DNA of 64,000 bases, taken from Octopus vulgaris (Eukaryota). The position numbers and the translations under genes were made by a program. The DNA lies in NCBI GenBank assembly GCA_951406725.2, contig OX597815.1, forward strand, positions 174,344,001 through 174,408,000. Direction: 5' to 3'. The notes under the pieces are model-generated. The model did not search any database. It was not told the DNA's origin and was given only the letters and a program-made list of their open reading frames with translations. Positions 12,170 to 25,770 of the stretch are shown piece after piece; within the stretch, counting starts at the first letter, position 1, and every line of letters begins with the position of its first letter.

Positions 12170-13290
12170 ATCCATAATTTTACTTAGCTTGACATGTCTT
12201 CTTGAGCATAGCAAGTCTCAGTCCCTAGTCATCTCCTCTGTGAGGCTCAACATCTGGAAATCTAGTTCTTCCACGGGTTCCCTTCACAATTAGAGATCAG
12301 TACTTCTTTATGCAGCTGCCTTCATCCATATGCTTCATGTGACCATACCAGCACAGTCTTCTCTCTTGCATACTACATCTCATGCCTCTTATACCCAATT
12401 TTCCACACTCTATTGTACATGCACAGACATTGCACGTCCAGTTGAACATTCTAGCTTTACTTCCTTCAAGTTTTCATATGTCATCTGCATTCACAACCCA
12501 TGTTTCACTACCATGTAGCATAGTGGCCCATACACAGGCATCATAAAATCAACTTTTCACTCTGAGGGAGAGGTCCTTTGTTACCAACAAAGGTAATAGC
12601 TCTCTGACCTTTGCCCAGTCCATTCTTATCCTAGCAATTATACAGCCAGAGCATCCTCCTCCCTTGCTAACTTGGTCCTCAAGGTAATGGAAGTTATCTA
12701 CTATTTATTGTACCTGCACATCTGCCACCCACAAAGACTACTTTCTCTGTTAACTTTTTTATGATACTGCTGCACATTTTACGTGTCTGTAACTTTCACT
12801 GGGTACATATTATGGAATTTCTACCAACATCTTTTCTACACATCAAGCAGTGCCATCTTCCTGAAGGGATTAACAATTTGTCTGCTTTCCTACTTATTAG
12901 GACTTTGGTAATTTAACTCTAAAACCCTTTGATTCCAGACCTAGCTTCTACACCTGAAGTTTCTTCTCTAATTCTGGTGGAGATTCTGCTATAAAAACAA
13001 AATCATTAGCATAGAGGAACCCTGAAGGGCAACAATCTTATATTCTCCTGTTATGACCTAGAGAAATATGATGAACAAGAGGTAGGTGAGAATTGTGCCT
13101 TGATGAACTCCTACCTGTACACTAAATTCATTCCTATACTCATCATTGTCTTTCACCTTACTGACGGCATCCTTGACTTGTGCAACTCTCACCAACCACA
13201 TATCAATCCCAAGCTTCCACATTGACTACCAGATAAAGGAGTGGGGGATCCTCTCAAAAGTTTTCTCCATGTCGACAAAAACTAAGTGAA
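12170..13290 (-). mobile_element. Old RTE LINE reverse-transcriptase fragment
   Basis: Minus strand gives LVFVDMEK, VGVHQG and FLYAND (YADD-like at ~13003-13014), followed by C-terminal RTE motifs. Confidence 0.8.
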
Positions 13291-13308
13291 GTTTATTTTT
13301 TGGCAGCA

Positions 13309-13350
<42 letters not shown>

Positions 13351-13623
13351 ACATGTGTGCTTGTATGTGAATGAACACAGCTCTTGATCATGCACATCCC
13401 TATCATTAGTATATATATGAAACCATAATGATTTTGGCACTTCCCACCAGTATTGCTTCTTTTAGCACAAACCAAGGAGTATCAGTTATGTAACACCCTT
13501 AACATTAAAAACAACAAAAGTAAAAACTGTGACAAAACCATGAATACAGAAGTGTTTACATTAATGGCAACATTATGGAACCAGCAATAACAAATATATA
13601 TATAAACAAATATATAAACGTAC

Positions 13624-13697
<74 letters not shown>

Positions 13698-15299
13698 CCT
13701 GACAACACTAGCAAGAGTAAAAATAGAGGAGAAATAAGGGATTTTATTACATTACTGGCATCTAAAACAACAACAATGAGCTGTTAACCTCTGCTGCTCT
13801 CACTTCCACAACAGTCTAAAAGGTTGTGCTATTGTCTTATTGAAAGACAACATCAAAGAGTTGTTGACCAGTGTTTACAGACAGTACAGTCAGTTGCTTT
13901 GATTTCCACTTATAGCAGAAAATAAATATTTCAACCTAAAAAAAGGAAAAAAAAAACCTGTTTCTTTTGCAGAAGAGCAGTTAAACAGCAGTTTTGGCAG
14001 TTCTGTGACACTTTGACCTTCAACAAAGCATTCTAGTGTTTTACCACAACACCAACCAATGCAGACTATCAAATTTAAAGTTCAACCATCTCTAATTGTA
14101 ATCATTCTGGTAAGTATTTCCTTGCTTGGGAACCAGGCAAGGTACCTCCAAATTTATCAAAACTGGTGAGACATTTTGTGTGGGACTTATCTGTGTGCCT
14201 TTATATTTCAACAAGATCCACATTATCTCATATAACCACAAATGACACTTAAATTGAGTAATTTTCTCCACACTTCACTAATCCAAAGCAATAAAATGGT
14301 GAGACTATAAACTTCCAGCCCATTTTTTATCAATTTTATACAGTAAATCAACATTCAGATCTAAATCTTTTTGATAAGGTACAAGATCTAATTTTTAGTA
14401 GAAGCATAGATATTTAAATTAACTCTAGTGAATTACTGGAGTTTATTTTATTGAGCAATGGTCAATAAAAAGTATAGTTCATACTGGCAAGATTTTCACT
14501 CAGGATAAAGAAAAACAAAACTAAATAGTGTAGAGGCTAGTAGTCAATTTATTAAATATTGTAAAATGTGACTATGAAAAAAGTATCTCTCAACAGGTTT
14601 GCAGAGAAAATACACAGTTGTAATACAAGAAATATTTATTTTTTTTATATGAGTATGCAACAACAATCATGCCTTCCTTCAACTCTTCTTTGCCATCTCT
14701 GTTCTTCCCTGCTTCACACAAATGGTTTTCTCAATCATCGATGCCATCAGATGGAGGAACAATTCAATCAGGAGCAAACTAAGATTCTTGTACATAAGAA
14801 ACAGCCAACAACAAATACTTTTGTCAAATTTGTTGAAGGTATTTTGTTAGGCTCACTTAGAATGTTACTCTCTATGACAGAGAGGCATCATATCTAAGGT
14901 CCAATATATATTTTCTCAACTGCATGAAATCAAGACCCTTAAAAACCCCTTTACATTTCACAACTCTATCTATATACATTGTCAGAAATGTGACAGTGTA
15001 GAAATGCAAAATATAACCAGTGAAAATAAGTGAGGAATCAGAAATGACAGTGATAAAGATAATGATGGTGGTGATGATCTTCATTAGTAATTTAATGTTG
15101 GTTCATTAAAAATTGTGGTGTTGCTGTTGGGTAGCGATAAACCAGTGGCAAGCTTCGTACTCCAATTTTCATTCTAAATCATAGTAATCACTTTGCCTCA
15201 CTTATATCAGCTGCTCATGCGCTTGAGGAAAGTATGAGCTTCACTCAGTGTTATTTTCTTCCTCTTGCAAGAACCTTGTCTAATGTCTGGGGTAAAAAA

Positions 15300-15635
15300 A
15301 AGTGTAAGGACCCCCTTCAGTCATGAATGACCATGGCATTGCACCTAGAAAGTTCCTCTCCAAGGCACAAGTCCAGGCAAGGTTGTTGATGGCAATTGCC
15401 AATGCATACCAACCTCCCCCTCTTCACACCACCGATGTTATCCAAGGGAAAGGCAAAGGCTGATACAACTTGACACCAGTGATGTCGCAACTCATTTCTA
15501 CAGCTGAGTGAACTGGAGCAACATGAAATAAAGTGTCTTGCTCAAGAACACAATACACAGCCCGGTTCAGGAATCAAACTCACTACTTCATGATTGTGAG
15601 CCAATGTTCTAACCACTGAATCATGTGCCTTCACT
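15300..15635 (-). mobile_element. tRNA-derived SINE, family D
   Basis: Head gaaggcacatgattcagtggttag...gtttgattcc; a related head occurs at 16022. Confidence 0.75.
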
Positions 15636-15736
15636 AATGTCTATGTATATGTAAACATTAATTCTGTTTTAATGGCAGGGAATTTTCAATAACCACCTCC
15701 AAAGAATAGAGTCAACTTAATCAGCCATAACCTTTA

Positions 15737-15972
15737 CTGTGTTTCATCTGTTACACTGCCCCAAATATTGTTGCACAAACTTCTGGGTAAGTCAGTAATG
15801 GAACATCTTGGCCTGCTTTTTCTTCTCATCCTCAGCTTTTGAATACTATCATAGGGGCTTTTAGGCTCTATCTTTGTCAATTGTTGCATACTAGAGCTGC
15901 CTGCTCTTTCACAGGCATGAGAAAAGTCTCTGTAACTTTCAAGATCCAGAGATATACTGTCTTTCATCCTCA
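15737..15972 (-). CDS. Candidate coding exon of an unidentified minus-strand gene
   Basis: Non-repetitive open frame (RMKDSISLDLESY...RRKSRPRCSITDLPRS...), acceptor ttccttttgaacag, possible donor gtaaag. No homology recognised. Confidence 0.35.
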
Positions 15973-16021
15973 CTGTTCAAAAGGAACTGAAGTAGAGATG
16001 TAGTTTCCTTTGTAACATAGT

Positions 16022-16200
16022 GAAGGTACATGACCTAGTGATTAAGGTGTTGCACTCTATATCGTGAGATTGTGGTTTCAATTTCCAGACCAACTATGCA
16101 TTGTGTTCTTGAGCAAAGCACTTCATTTCACATTGCTCCAGTTCGCTCAACTATAAATAAGTAACCTTGCAATGGATTGGTGTACAAGGGTGAGATGGTG
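16022..16200 (+). mobile_element. tRNA-derived SINE (family D-like head)
   Basis: gaaggtacatgacctagtgattaag...gtttcaatttcc...ttgagcaaagcacttcatttcacattgctccagtt. Confidence 0.7.
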
Positions 16201-16332
16201 ATTCAGGAAAATGACCTGAATGGAGGTCTCACAAGCCATGTTTTTTTATTCAGTGATTGAAAGGATAGACAGAACAACCTTATACCATGAATTTCAACTG
16301 GTTGGGATTGGTTGTTCAACCACATCAAAGGA

Positions 16333-16575
16333 GATGATGATGATGATGATGATGATGTTGACGACGACGACGACAATGACAGTGGCAGCAGTGGTGGTGC
16401 AGCTGGTGGTGGTGGTGGTGGTGGTGGTTGTGATGGTGGTGGTGGTGGTGGTGGTGGTGCTCGTGGTGGTGGTGGTGGTGGTGTTGGTGGTGGTGGTGGT
16501 GGTGGTGGTGGTGGTAGTGGTGGTGGTGGTGGTGGTGCAGCTGGTGATTGTATTGGTGCTGGTGCTGTTGTTGTT
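16333..16575. repeat. (GAT)n/(GAC)n/(GGT)n trinucleotide array
   Basis: Directly visible. Confidence 0.95.
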
Positions 16576-17329
16576 AAGCAACAAGACAGGTAAGGGTGAT
16601 TAGGTGATGGTCTAGGGCTTAGGGGCGGGAGACCCCAGACCTTGGAAAAAAAAAAAAAAAAAACTTTGGTCATCTTGTAGGCGAGGGCTCTTCGTTGACG
16701 TCTGACACCACTGGGAGGTGGCCCTCCAAGTTGCTGGAAATGGAGATCTCCAGGTCCAAATTCTTGAATGGCTGGTGCTAGTGCTGGTGGTAGCATGGCT
16801 CTGCTAAGTGAACATTTTCTTTACCACTTAATTCCTATTTAATTTCTGTCTTATTAGAGTACAAACCCGAGAACAAAAGAAAGCTGGAAATATTTTCCCA
16901 ACATAAGTTTAAGCTTTATTAGTTAAAACAAAAATTTAAAATGTGTTATTGTTGCTAATGTTATCATTTATCATGTCATTTAAATTGCTCGAAATACTGT
17001 TTTATGTGTACATGTGTGTATGTGTCTATGTGTGTATGTGTTAAGTTTTTAGAGAAGTTAAACAGGCTTTTTTTTTTACCTCCATTTAATGTCCTCAAAA
17101 CTTGTTTCTTTCTTTTTGAGTTTTTTTGGGAACATTTATACATGCTGGTAGTTTGTGTGTGGAAGAAGATATTTCTTTACAAATCAAAGCTCTCACTCCA
17201 AAGTTGGAAGCAATTCAATTCCTACTTTTTTGTTATAAGTTCCACATTGCTAAATATTATTCCATATAATTTGACTTGGTAAAAATCTACAATATTGAAA
17301 GAGCAGGGCAGAATACCTCTAACCATTTC

Positions 17330-17343
17330 TACACACACACACA

Positions 17344-17419
<76 letters not shown>

Positions 17420-17443
17420 CACACACAAACAAACAACACACAC

Positions 17444-17509
<66 letters not shown>

Positions 17510-17510
17510 G
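17330..17510. repeat. (GCAC)n and (CAA)n microsatellites
   Basis: Directly visible. Confidence 0.95.
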
Positions 17511-17518
17511 TAATAATG

Positions 17519-17950
17519 GTTTCAAATTTTGCCACAAGGGCAGCAATTTGGGGGAAGGGGATAAGTCGATTACATCAATCCCAGTGTTCAACTGGTACTT
17601 ATTTAATCAACCCTGAAAAGATGAATGGTGAAGTCAACCTCAGCGGAATTTGAACTCAGAACGTAGTAATAGGTGAAATACTGCTAAGCATTTCATCCAG
17701 CGTGCTAATGATTCTGCCAGCTCACTGCCTTAAATAATAATGATGAGGATGATGATGATGATGATGATAAATTCAAATTTTGACACAAGGCCAGCAATTT
17801 CAGGAGAGGAGGTATCAACCCCAGTACTCAACTGGTACTTATTTGGCAATGTTGACTTCAACAGAACTTGAACTCAGAACATAAAAGCAGATGAAATGCC
17901 ACTAGTTATTTTCTCTGGAATGCTGGTAATTCAGCCAGCTCACCACCTTA
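17519..17950 (-). mobile_element. Two tandem family-B SINEs (17519-17732, 17770-17950)
   Basis: Both contain caactggtacttattt...tgaactcagaac...gccagctcac..cctt. Confidence 0.85.
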
Positions 17951-18744
17951 AAAAAATAACAACAACAACAATAATAATAACAACAACTACAATTTTTTAT
18001 ATTTTGCAGAACTGTATTTTAGTAGCAAACAATAGTGGATTTGATATTTTATAATATCTGTTTCACAGATTCAAATTTACTTCAGATCAAATTTTTCACC
18101 CTATATGATGAATAAAATAATCACCAATAATAAATTAGACTTGTCTCAATTAAATGTACTTCCCCTTCATACAAAATATGGACTTTATACCAAGGGAAAA
18201 TAATTCATTATTAATTTAATATGAGGACAACAGAGTTGAGACTGAGGCTGGATGCCTTATATTAACATGGTTTGTGCTTTCATTTACTGGATTCAAATAA
18301 TCAGATGTTAACAACACCTTTTATTCTCCTAGTGTTAGTAAATTAATAACCAGCAAGGTATGAATGTCACTTCAATAAACTTACACAATAAACTAAAAAA
18401 AAATATAACTCAACCTCATAGAAAAAAATTAATAATTCTTTAATAATATATGTGTTATCCTCATGAATGTTTCATTTAAGGGAATAATTAAATTGAGGAA
18501 TAGAACTTGTTTTTATGTTGTGAACTAGAAGGAAAACAAAACCATGTGAGTTAGAATGGCAAAAATGCCTAGTTTCTCATTCATAGATCTAGTTTGTACA
18601 AGATTAAAAAAACAAAAACTTTCAGAAATTATTTCTTAATTAATTGAAGTTATTTTCCTTTACTTTCAGAGTTGCAGATAATTGCTGCAAGGTTTTGCTT
18701 TTGTTTTTCAACTAAGAAATAAATTACAGTTATCTTTTATCTTT

Positions 18745-18960
18745 TATTTGCTTCTGTCATTGAACAGCAGCCATGCTGGAGCATTGCCTTGAAGGGTTTT
18801 AACCAAATGAATCAGCAGCACCACCACCACCACCACCCCAGTATTTGTTTTCTTCTTTTCTTAAGCCTGGTACTTATTCAGTCAGTCTCTTGTGCAGAAC
18901 CATTAAGTGATGGGGATGTAAACAAATCAACTCTGGTTGCCAAGCAGTGGTAAGAGACAA
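18745..18960 (-). mobile_element. Family-C SINE 3' half (5' half at ~19875-20000, split by an RTE insertion)
   Basis: gccatgctggagca tail motif; the head motif ctatagtagaagaca.ttgcccaag resumes after the RTE copy. Confidence 0.7.
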
Positions 18961-18990
18961 ATGCAAATACACACACACACACACACATAC

Positions 18991-19870
18991 AATCCGCTGG
19001 ATGTGTAATGTCAGTGTGCACACATGACAGAGTGTAAGTGCCCTGAGAGAAATGTTGGACATAAGAAGCATCAAATGTGGTGTGCAAGAGAGACGACTGC
19101 ACTGGTATGGTCATGTAATGCATATGGACAAGGACAGCTGTGTAAAAAAGTGTCGTTCCCTAACAGTGGAAGAAACCTGGGGAAAAGGGAGACCCAGAAA
19201 GGCATGGGATGAGGTGGTGAAGCATGACCTTCGAACTTTGGGCCTCACAGAGGCAGTGACGAAAGACCAAGACCTCTGGAGATATGCTGCGATTGAGAAG
19301 ACCCGGCAAGAAAAGTGAGATCACAGCCATAGCCTATAACAGTGTCGCATAACCAGCCCTACTTTGAATTGTCAGGTAACATTCCATGCTTGAGGAGACC
19401 TATTAAGTCAAATAAATCAAAGTCAAATCACATCACAATCAAATGGAAATTGTAGTTGTGGCCATTACCAGTGCTGGTAGCACACAATAAGCACCATTTA
19501 TGCGTGGGTCGCTGCCAAAGCTGCCTGACTGGCTCCCTGGGCCGGCGGCACATAAAAAGCACCATCTGAATGTGGTTGATGCCATCCCCACCCCCCAACC
19601 CAACTGGCTCCTGTGCCGGTGACATGTAGAAAGCACCATCTGAACGTGGCCGATGCCAGTGCCGCCTGACTGGCTCCTCTGCTGGTGGTATGTAAAAAGC
19701 ACCCACTACACTCTCAAAGTGGTTGGCATTAGGAAGGGCATCAAGCTGTAGAAACATTGCCAGATCAGATTGGAGCCTGGTGCATCCTCCTGGCTTGCCA
19801 CTCCCCAGTCAAACCGTCCAACCCATGCCAGTATGGAAAACGGACGTTAAATGATGATGATGATGATGAT
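18991..19870 (+). mobile_element. 5'-truncated RTE LINE with (GAT)n tail
   Basis: ORF 19052-19318 reads RRLHWYGHV...GKGRPRKAWDEVVKHDL; same 3'UTR as the 1422 copy. Confidence 0.9.
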
Positions 19871-20214
19871 ATAATGGGCTTCTTTTGGTTTCCATTTAAC
19901 AAATCTCCTCACCAACCTTTGAGCAGCTCAGAACTATAGTAGAAGACATTTGCCCAAGATACTACACAGTAAGATAGAACCTAGAACTATGTGGTTGGTT
20001 ACTTCAGAATTTTTCTATATATAGTATTCAGTACATCAGCCTTAAATTATTCATTAAATTCACCCTGTTTTTTCACTTATTTCCCTTTGCTCATTTAATC
20101 ATGCTCATTATACTTTAATTATGCTCATTATACTAGCCAAAAATTATTCGTTACTCTTTTTCTATAAGTAAAAATCTATATCAACTAATCAAGCAAACTT
20201 GAATGGATTATACT

Positions 20215-20297
20215 ACAGGCATATGGTGTAGTGGTTAAGAGCGCAGGCTACTAACCCCAAGATTCCGAATTCGATTCCAGGCAGTGACCTGAATAAC

Positions 20298-20338
<41 letters not shown>

Positions 20339-20480
20339 CATCGAAAAAAACCTTAGGAATGAGAACCCAGGTTCGAAATTTCCCCAAGACACCTGATGAA
20401 GGTTGGAGGGTATATCAGCCAAAACGTTGTGTTAACAACAAACAAGATGAGGACAAATATCTGTCAAATGTAAATAATGT
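20215..20480 (+). mobile_element. SINE with tRNA-derived head and hammerhead-like 3' module
   Basis: A box tggtgtagtgg (20224), B box ttcgattcc (~20270), (aat)n linker, then gacac-CTGATGA-a-ggttgg/tcagcc-aAAA-cgtt-gtgtt (20388-20433). Confidence 0.75.
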
Positions 20481-23400
20481 ATGTTGATGAAGTTTAATAG
20501 ACTAAAACATATCCATAATTGTCCCTTTCCTGTGAATAATGATCAGATTTTCTGCCAAACATGTAAATTAACTTCGAGATCAATTTTTGATTTCTTGAAA
20601 TTATCTCCCCCACCTTTTTCTTTTTTGAGCTTTGCTAACTATTCCAATTTTTTTTTTTTTTAATATAATTATATAGGGAAATTTCAATTAATTAAGAATT
20701 CTTTGCATTCAGCAATTAGTGCATCATTAACTTATATTGCAAACATTCCCTAGAAAGATCTATCAGAGCAGATATGCACTTAAACAATGTTTTAGCTTTC
20801 TTCTTCTTTCACCTGAAACTAAACTCTTAAGAAAATTCTGTTCTAATAGGCATTATCAATGTTTTCATTTTATTTTCCAATGTTAGCAAATACTAAATAA
20901 ATATGTATAGAGAGGCATATCCATTTGAGACATATGTTTAATAAACATGTGGTTTGTCTCACTGAGAAATTAGACCTTGTTAAACCACAAAGCTTTCAGG
21001 ATTGGACTAACAAATCTCATCTTTCATTAAAGACTTATAAGGAATCACTTGCCCCTGCCTTTGAAACTTCCAGAAGAAAATGGTGTAGAGTTGCTTATAA
21101 AAATATCAATTAGGTTATACTTGATATAACAAATTTCACATTGCTCCAGTCCCTCCAGTTATAAATGGATAACCCTGTGACAGACTGTCATTCTGTTTAC
21201 AGAGAATGTTGGCCTGCTTGCCTAGCCAATCAGGTGGCATCATTTAAAAGCTACGACAATGCAAAGAAGCACATTGTGACCAGCAGTGTATAACAACATC
21301 TGCTGTTCTGATCAATACAGTGATCATAAATTTACATAATGGTTATATATTTGCTTTGTTCCCTTTTTTCACTTACTTTTTTTTAATCATATTTTTCTTT
21401 AAATCTTTAAAGTATTAATCTCATTTTTTCTTTTTTTTTCTTTTTTTTTTTGTTTTGCACAGTTCACATAGAGTAACCCCTCAACAACCAGTGAAATATA
21501 TATTTCTTCTTCCAACTCTCACCAGCCCATTGTTATCCTACAGACTTCCTTCTTTCAGCCAATGCTTGAGGCTTTTGTTTTTAATCAGTTTTTTTTTTTT
21601 GTTTTTGTTTTTTTTTGCTCATTTATATTCACTCCAATACATCAAAATCAGTGAGACATATACATCTCATTTCTGTCCAGATATTACATTTCCTTTCATT
21701 GTTAAGGCTTCATTGTCTGACATTATAATTGATTTAATGGGCAAAAGCAAAAATAAATTATTTTCAATAAATATATGATGAAATATAAATGAATTGTAAA
21801 CAATTATATTATTTGGATTGTTGATATTAACAACTGTACAAGCAATAAATGTTTCTAATAATTAGTTTCTTGCATTAATAAAGCTTCTTATATTCTTTTA
21901 TGTTGTTCTTAATGTCAAAATGACATAATATGGATATGATTGTAGAACACTGAGATAGATTCAGCTTTAGTCATAAATATAGTATCTTTTAGTAAGATGT
22001 TATATAAATAATGTAATGATTAGTAAACAACAATAATTAAAATTTTCCAGGCTATTAATTTCATTTTTCATATTTTCATTTAGAAACTACTTTTCTCAGT
22101 TTCAAGCTCTAAACATTATCAAAAGTTCTATTTCTAATTAGATACATATACTGGAATTAAACTAAGAAGATTTAATTCTAAATGAAGAGTTTTAATGTTC
22201 TAATCTACTAAACTTCAAGAATATATGCATCAGTTCATGCATTTTAAGGAGAGCTAATTATCTTCTGCAATATATGGGATGTTACTTGTGGAAAGATCTT
22301 ACAAAGGCAATTAATTAAAATTACTTAGGCTCATTACAATAAGTATATTTACACCTACTTGTTTTTTTTTTTTGTTTTTTTTGTGCAGCAAACATCTCTA
22401 TATTGTTTCCTATAAGAGTAAAGTGCTTTCATCCTAAACAGGGTGCAGTACTGGAACCCAGTTGCCTTAGCTCGCAACATCTCTCTCCATAAAGTTAATG
22501 AATGCATATATATACATGTGGTGGGGGTGCATGTATGTTTGTGTTTGTGCATGTATGTGTGTATGCATGTATGTGTGCATCTGTTTGTGTGTGAATGTGT
22601 TTGTGTGTGTATATGTGTGCATGTGTGTATGTGCATGTGTGTGTGTGTTTGTGCATGTATGTGTGTGTGCATGTATGTGTGCATCTGTGTGTGTGTGTGT
22701 GTATATGTATGCATGTGTGTGTATGCGTGTGTGCGTGTGTGTGCAGTCATGTGTAGTTATTCAAGTTTGCTTCAAGTAACAAACTATAAAACTGAATATT
22801 ATCATAAATGGATTTTTCACAAGTACCCTCTAGTTCCCATATAATTGTAAAAAGAAAAGATGAAAGATAAAACTCTCTAAAGGTATATTATACTTTCTCA
22901 AAAATGTCTTTCAATCATTATTCTACAAGCACAACTCATACAATTAGGCAAAATGCAACTGTCTAACTCAAAATAAAAGTAACCTTTTCTTAAAACTTTA
23001 AAAGCATCTTCAGCACATAATATTTCCCCTTTTTCTGTATTAAAGTAAAGTATATAATGTCTGCTCTCTTGTTTCTTACTCAGATACTGTAATTCAACAC
23101 AAGACCTACAGTTATCTATCACTGTAGGCTTCCATCTGTCTTATCACAAATTATAATTTCAGTATGATCGCTAATTAGCCGTTTGTAAAAACCAGAATTG
23201 TACTATTTTTGGCTTCTTATTGATTGGTTATTTCAATCTATCTCTCACCTATTTTATTGTAAACATGATGGCCCATTCAACAACAGTGAGAATATGAACA
23301 TAATTATTTTCAATTCACTGCAAACACTTATCACATAACCATTTTTCCCACATCCAGTTCCCAACATCCATTTTCTTTCTTTTTCAATCAGATTAGAATG

Positions 23401-23750
23401 CTACATAATGTTTAAGTAGATTCTAATATAAACAGATATATAAATAATCTACATGTAAGAAAGATGTGATTATAATGTTAAACCAACACTTATCTAGATA
23501 AAGTTTATAACAAATAATTTCATTGTAAGAATAGTTAATGAACTTGAAGCAAGCATAGGAGAAAACATACTTCTCTGGCAACTCAAAAGTCAGCTCAAAT
23601 ATCAAAAACCAAATATTTCTTTATTTCAACTTATTTCTATATTCTCTGCCCGTTGTATGTTGAAGTAAATAAATAAATAAATTTGAAATAGTTATGAACT
23701 GGTAAGCTACCTCATAACCAATAGATTTTTTAGTATTGAATAACTATTAG

Positions 23751-23965
23751 TTTCAAATTTTGAGCCAAGGCCAGCAGTTTTGGTGAGAAGGGGCCAAATC
23801 AATTACATCAACCCAAGTGCTCAACTAGTACTTATTTTATCAACCCCCAAAAGGATGAAAAGCAAAGTCAGCCTTGGTGGAATTTGAACTCACAATATAG
23901 AGACAGATGAAACACCACAAAGCATCTTGCCTGGCATGCTAACAATTCTGCCACCTCACTGCTTT
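23751..23965 (-). mobile_element. Family-B SINE
   Basis: Homology to the 17519 copy. Confidence 0.85.
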
Positions 23966-24464
23966 TGTATTGAATAACTATTGAATAACAGTTATATTTG
24001 GACTTACACAGTCCAATTATAACCTCTTGCGGGAATACTACTTATATCTGGGGTGAAGAACTTTTAATTATTCTCATCCAAGACAGCATTCAGAAGAAAG
24101 CTTTCTATATGATTAACAAAACTTCTCTTTAATAAAACCTTTCAGTTCCTTCAGCGCTATGCTTAAAACATTATCATCCTCATCTGCATTCTCTTTTCCA
24201 AATTATCATACCATATTTCCCAAATTATCTTACCTGCTTTCCATATTTCTCTGTTCTATAAATCAATTCTTCCAAAGGGGCTTTGATAATTAAGTAAGAG
24301 ATTTGTCTCATGGTGATTGCAAATTTCTGCCTTCTGCTTAGCAGCAGCAAAAGCGGTTCGGTTGTTCTGGGAAAGTTTTGATACTTTTTTCATATTGTTC
24401 CCACAGTTTGTAAGATTCCAGTCCATAGTAGTTATAAATCTGATTTTTTTTTTATTATCCTTTA

Positions 24465-25060
24465 TTTCATTCACTCATTAAACTGGCCATGCTGGGACAT
24501 CTTGAAGAATTTTGGTTGAGCAAACTGAACCCTGTACTTTTCTTGCTTTTAAGCCTGGTACTTACTTTGTCCTTCTTTTTTACCAAACTACTAATTTATA
24601 GGGACATAAACACACCAACACTGGTTGTCAAGCAGTAGTGATAAACAAGCACAAATACAAAGACACACACATACACATATATGTATGTACATATGTGTGT
24701 GTGTATACATGCACATACATATATATACATGTATATATACATATACATATACATATATATGTATATATACCTATACACACACACACACACACTATATATA
24801 TATATAAGAAGAAATAAGGTACTTAGAAATCTGGATGGTTTTATATTTACAGATTTTTATTAATATGTCACATGTTTTTATAAATCATATACTAGCACTT
24901 GCGTCCACACCCACAGCAGGCTTCTTTCAGTTTCTATCAACCAAATCAACTCACAAGGCTTTGGCTATAGTAAAAGACACTTACTCAAGGAGCCATGCAC
25001 TGAGAATGAACCTGTAATATGTGCTTAGAAAGCAAAATTCTTACTACACTGCCACATCTT
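24465..25060 (-). mobile_element. Family-C SINE with expanded internal microsatellite
   Basis: Tail ggccatgctgg and head ggctatagtaaaagacactt, as in the 11320 copy. Confidence 0.75.
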
Positions 25061-25331
25061 ACTAGATTGTTAATCTTTTGTTTCTTGCATCAATTATCAA
25101 CATTGTATTTCATATCTTCAGGTACCCTATTCCTATTGAAAAAATATCTGTATGGAAAGAAAATTGAAGTCTCCAAGAACAAAAATTCTGCCAGATTATA
25201 TCATTTTGACCCTGGATAATATTTCATTTCTGAATGGAAAACATGGTAGACCCATAAGTAAGAAAAGATAGCAATGGCTTACTTAATACTGCAAATAGTG
25301 ACCAACATATTTAAGGAATATATATATATAT

Positions 25332-25770
25332 CATCATCATCATCATTATCATACTTTAACGCTCATTTTCCATGCCGGCACAGGTTAGACAGTTTGACCA
25401 GAGCTGCACCAGGTTCCAGTCTGATTTGACTCAGTTTCTATGGCTGGAGGCCCTTCCTAACACCAAACACTTTACAGAGTGTGCAGGGTGTCTTTTACAT
25501 GACACTGGCCCAGGTGCTTTTACATAGTGACAGCATGTGCGTTATTACATGGCGCTGACATGGGTACTTTTTACATGGCATTGGTTCTGGGGTTCTGGGC
25601 TTTTGCAGACTAATCCTCTTCAGCAGGGGGAGCTGCATTTTACACTTTTGCTGAGAAGGATGGGTCTTCTTGAGTACAGCAAAGCACCAGATATCTCAGT
25701 CCTTTGTCATAAGGTTCTGTGTCCTGAAATCATCCTTCAGTACTTTATCCCATGTCTTCTTGGGTCTCCA
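25332..25770 (-). mobile_element. Diverged RTE 3' end
   Basis: (cat)n tail and gcccttcctaac motif shared with the other RTE copies. Confidence 0.7.

Noticed and set aside
16203-16796. 197-aa poly-Pro ORF resembling a formin FH1 region (or poly-Gly/Val on the + strand)
   Set aside because: Arises from a (GGT)n microsatellite that is open in several frames, uses almost only CCA codons and crosses a poly-T run; no FH2 exons were seen.
20215-20290. tRNA gene (also 63350-63415)
   Set aside because: A/B boxes are present but there is no complete cloverleaf, and the sequence continues into SINE body.
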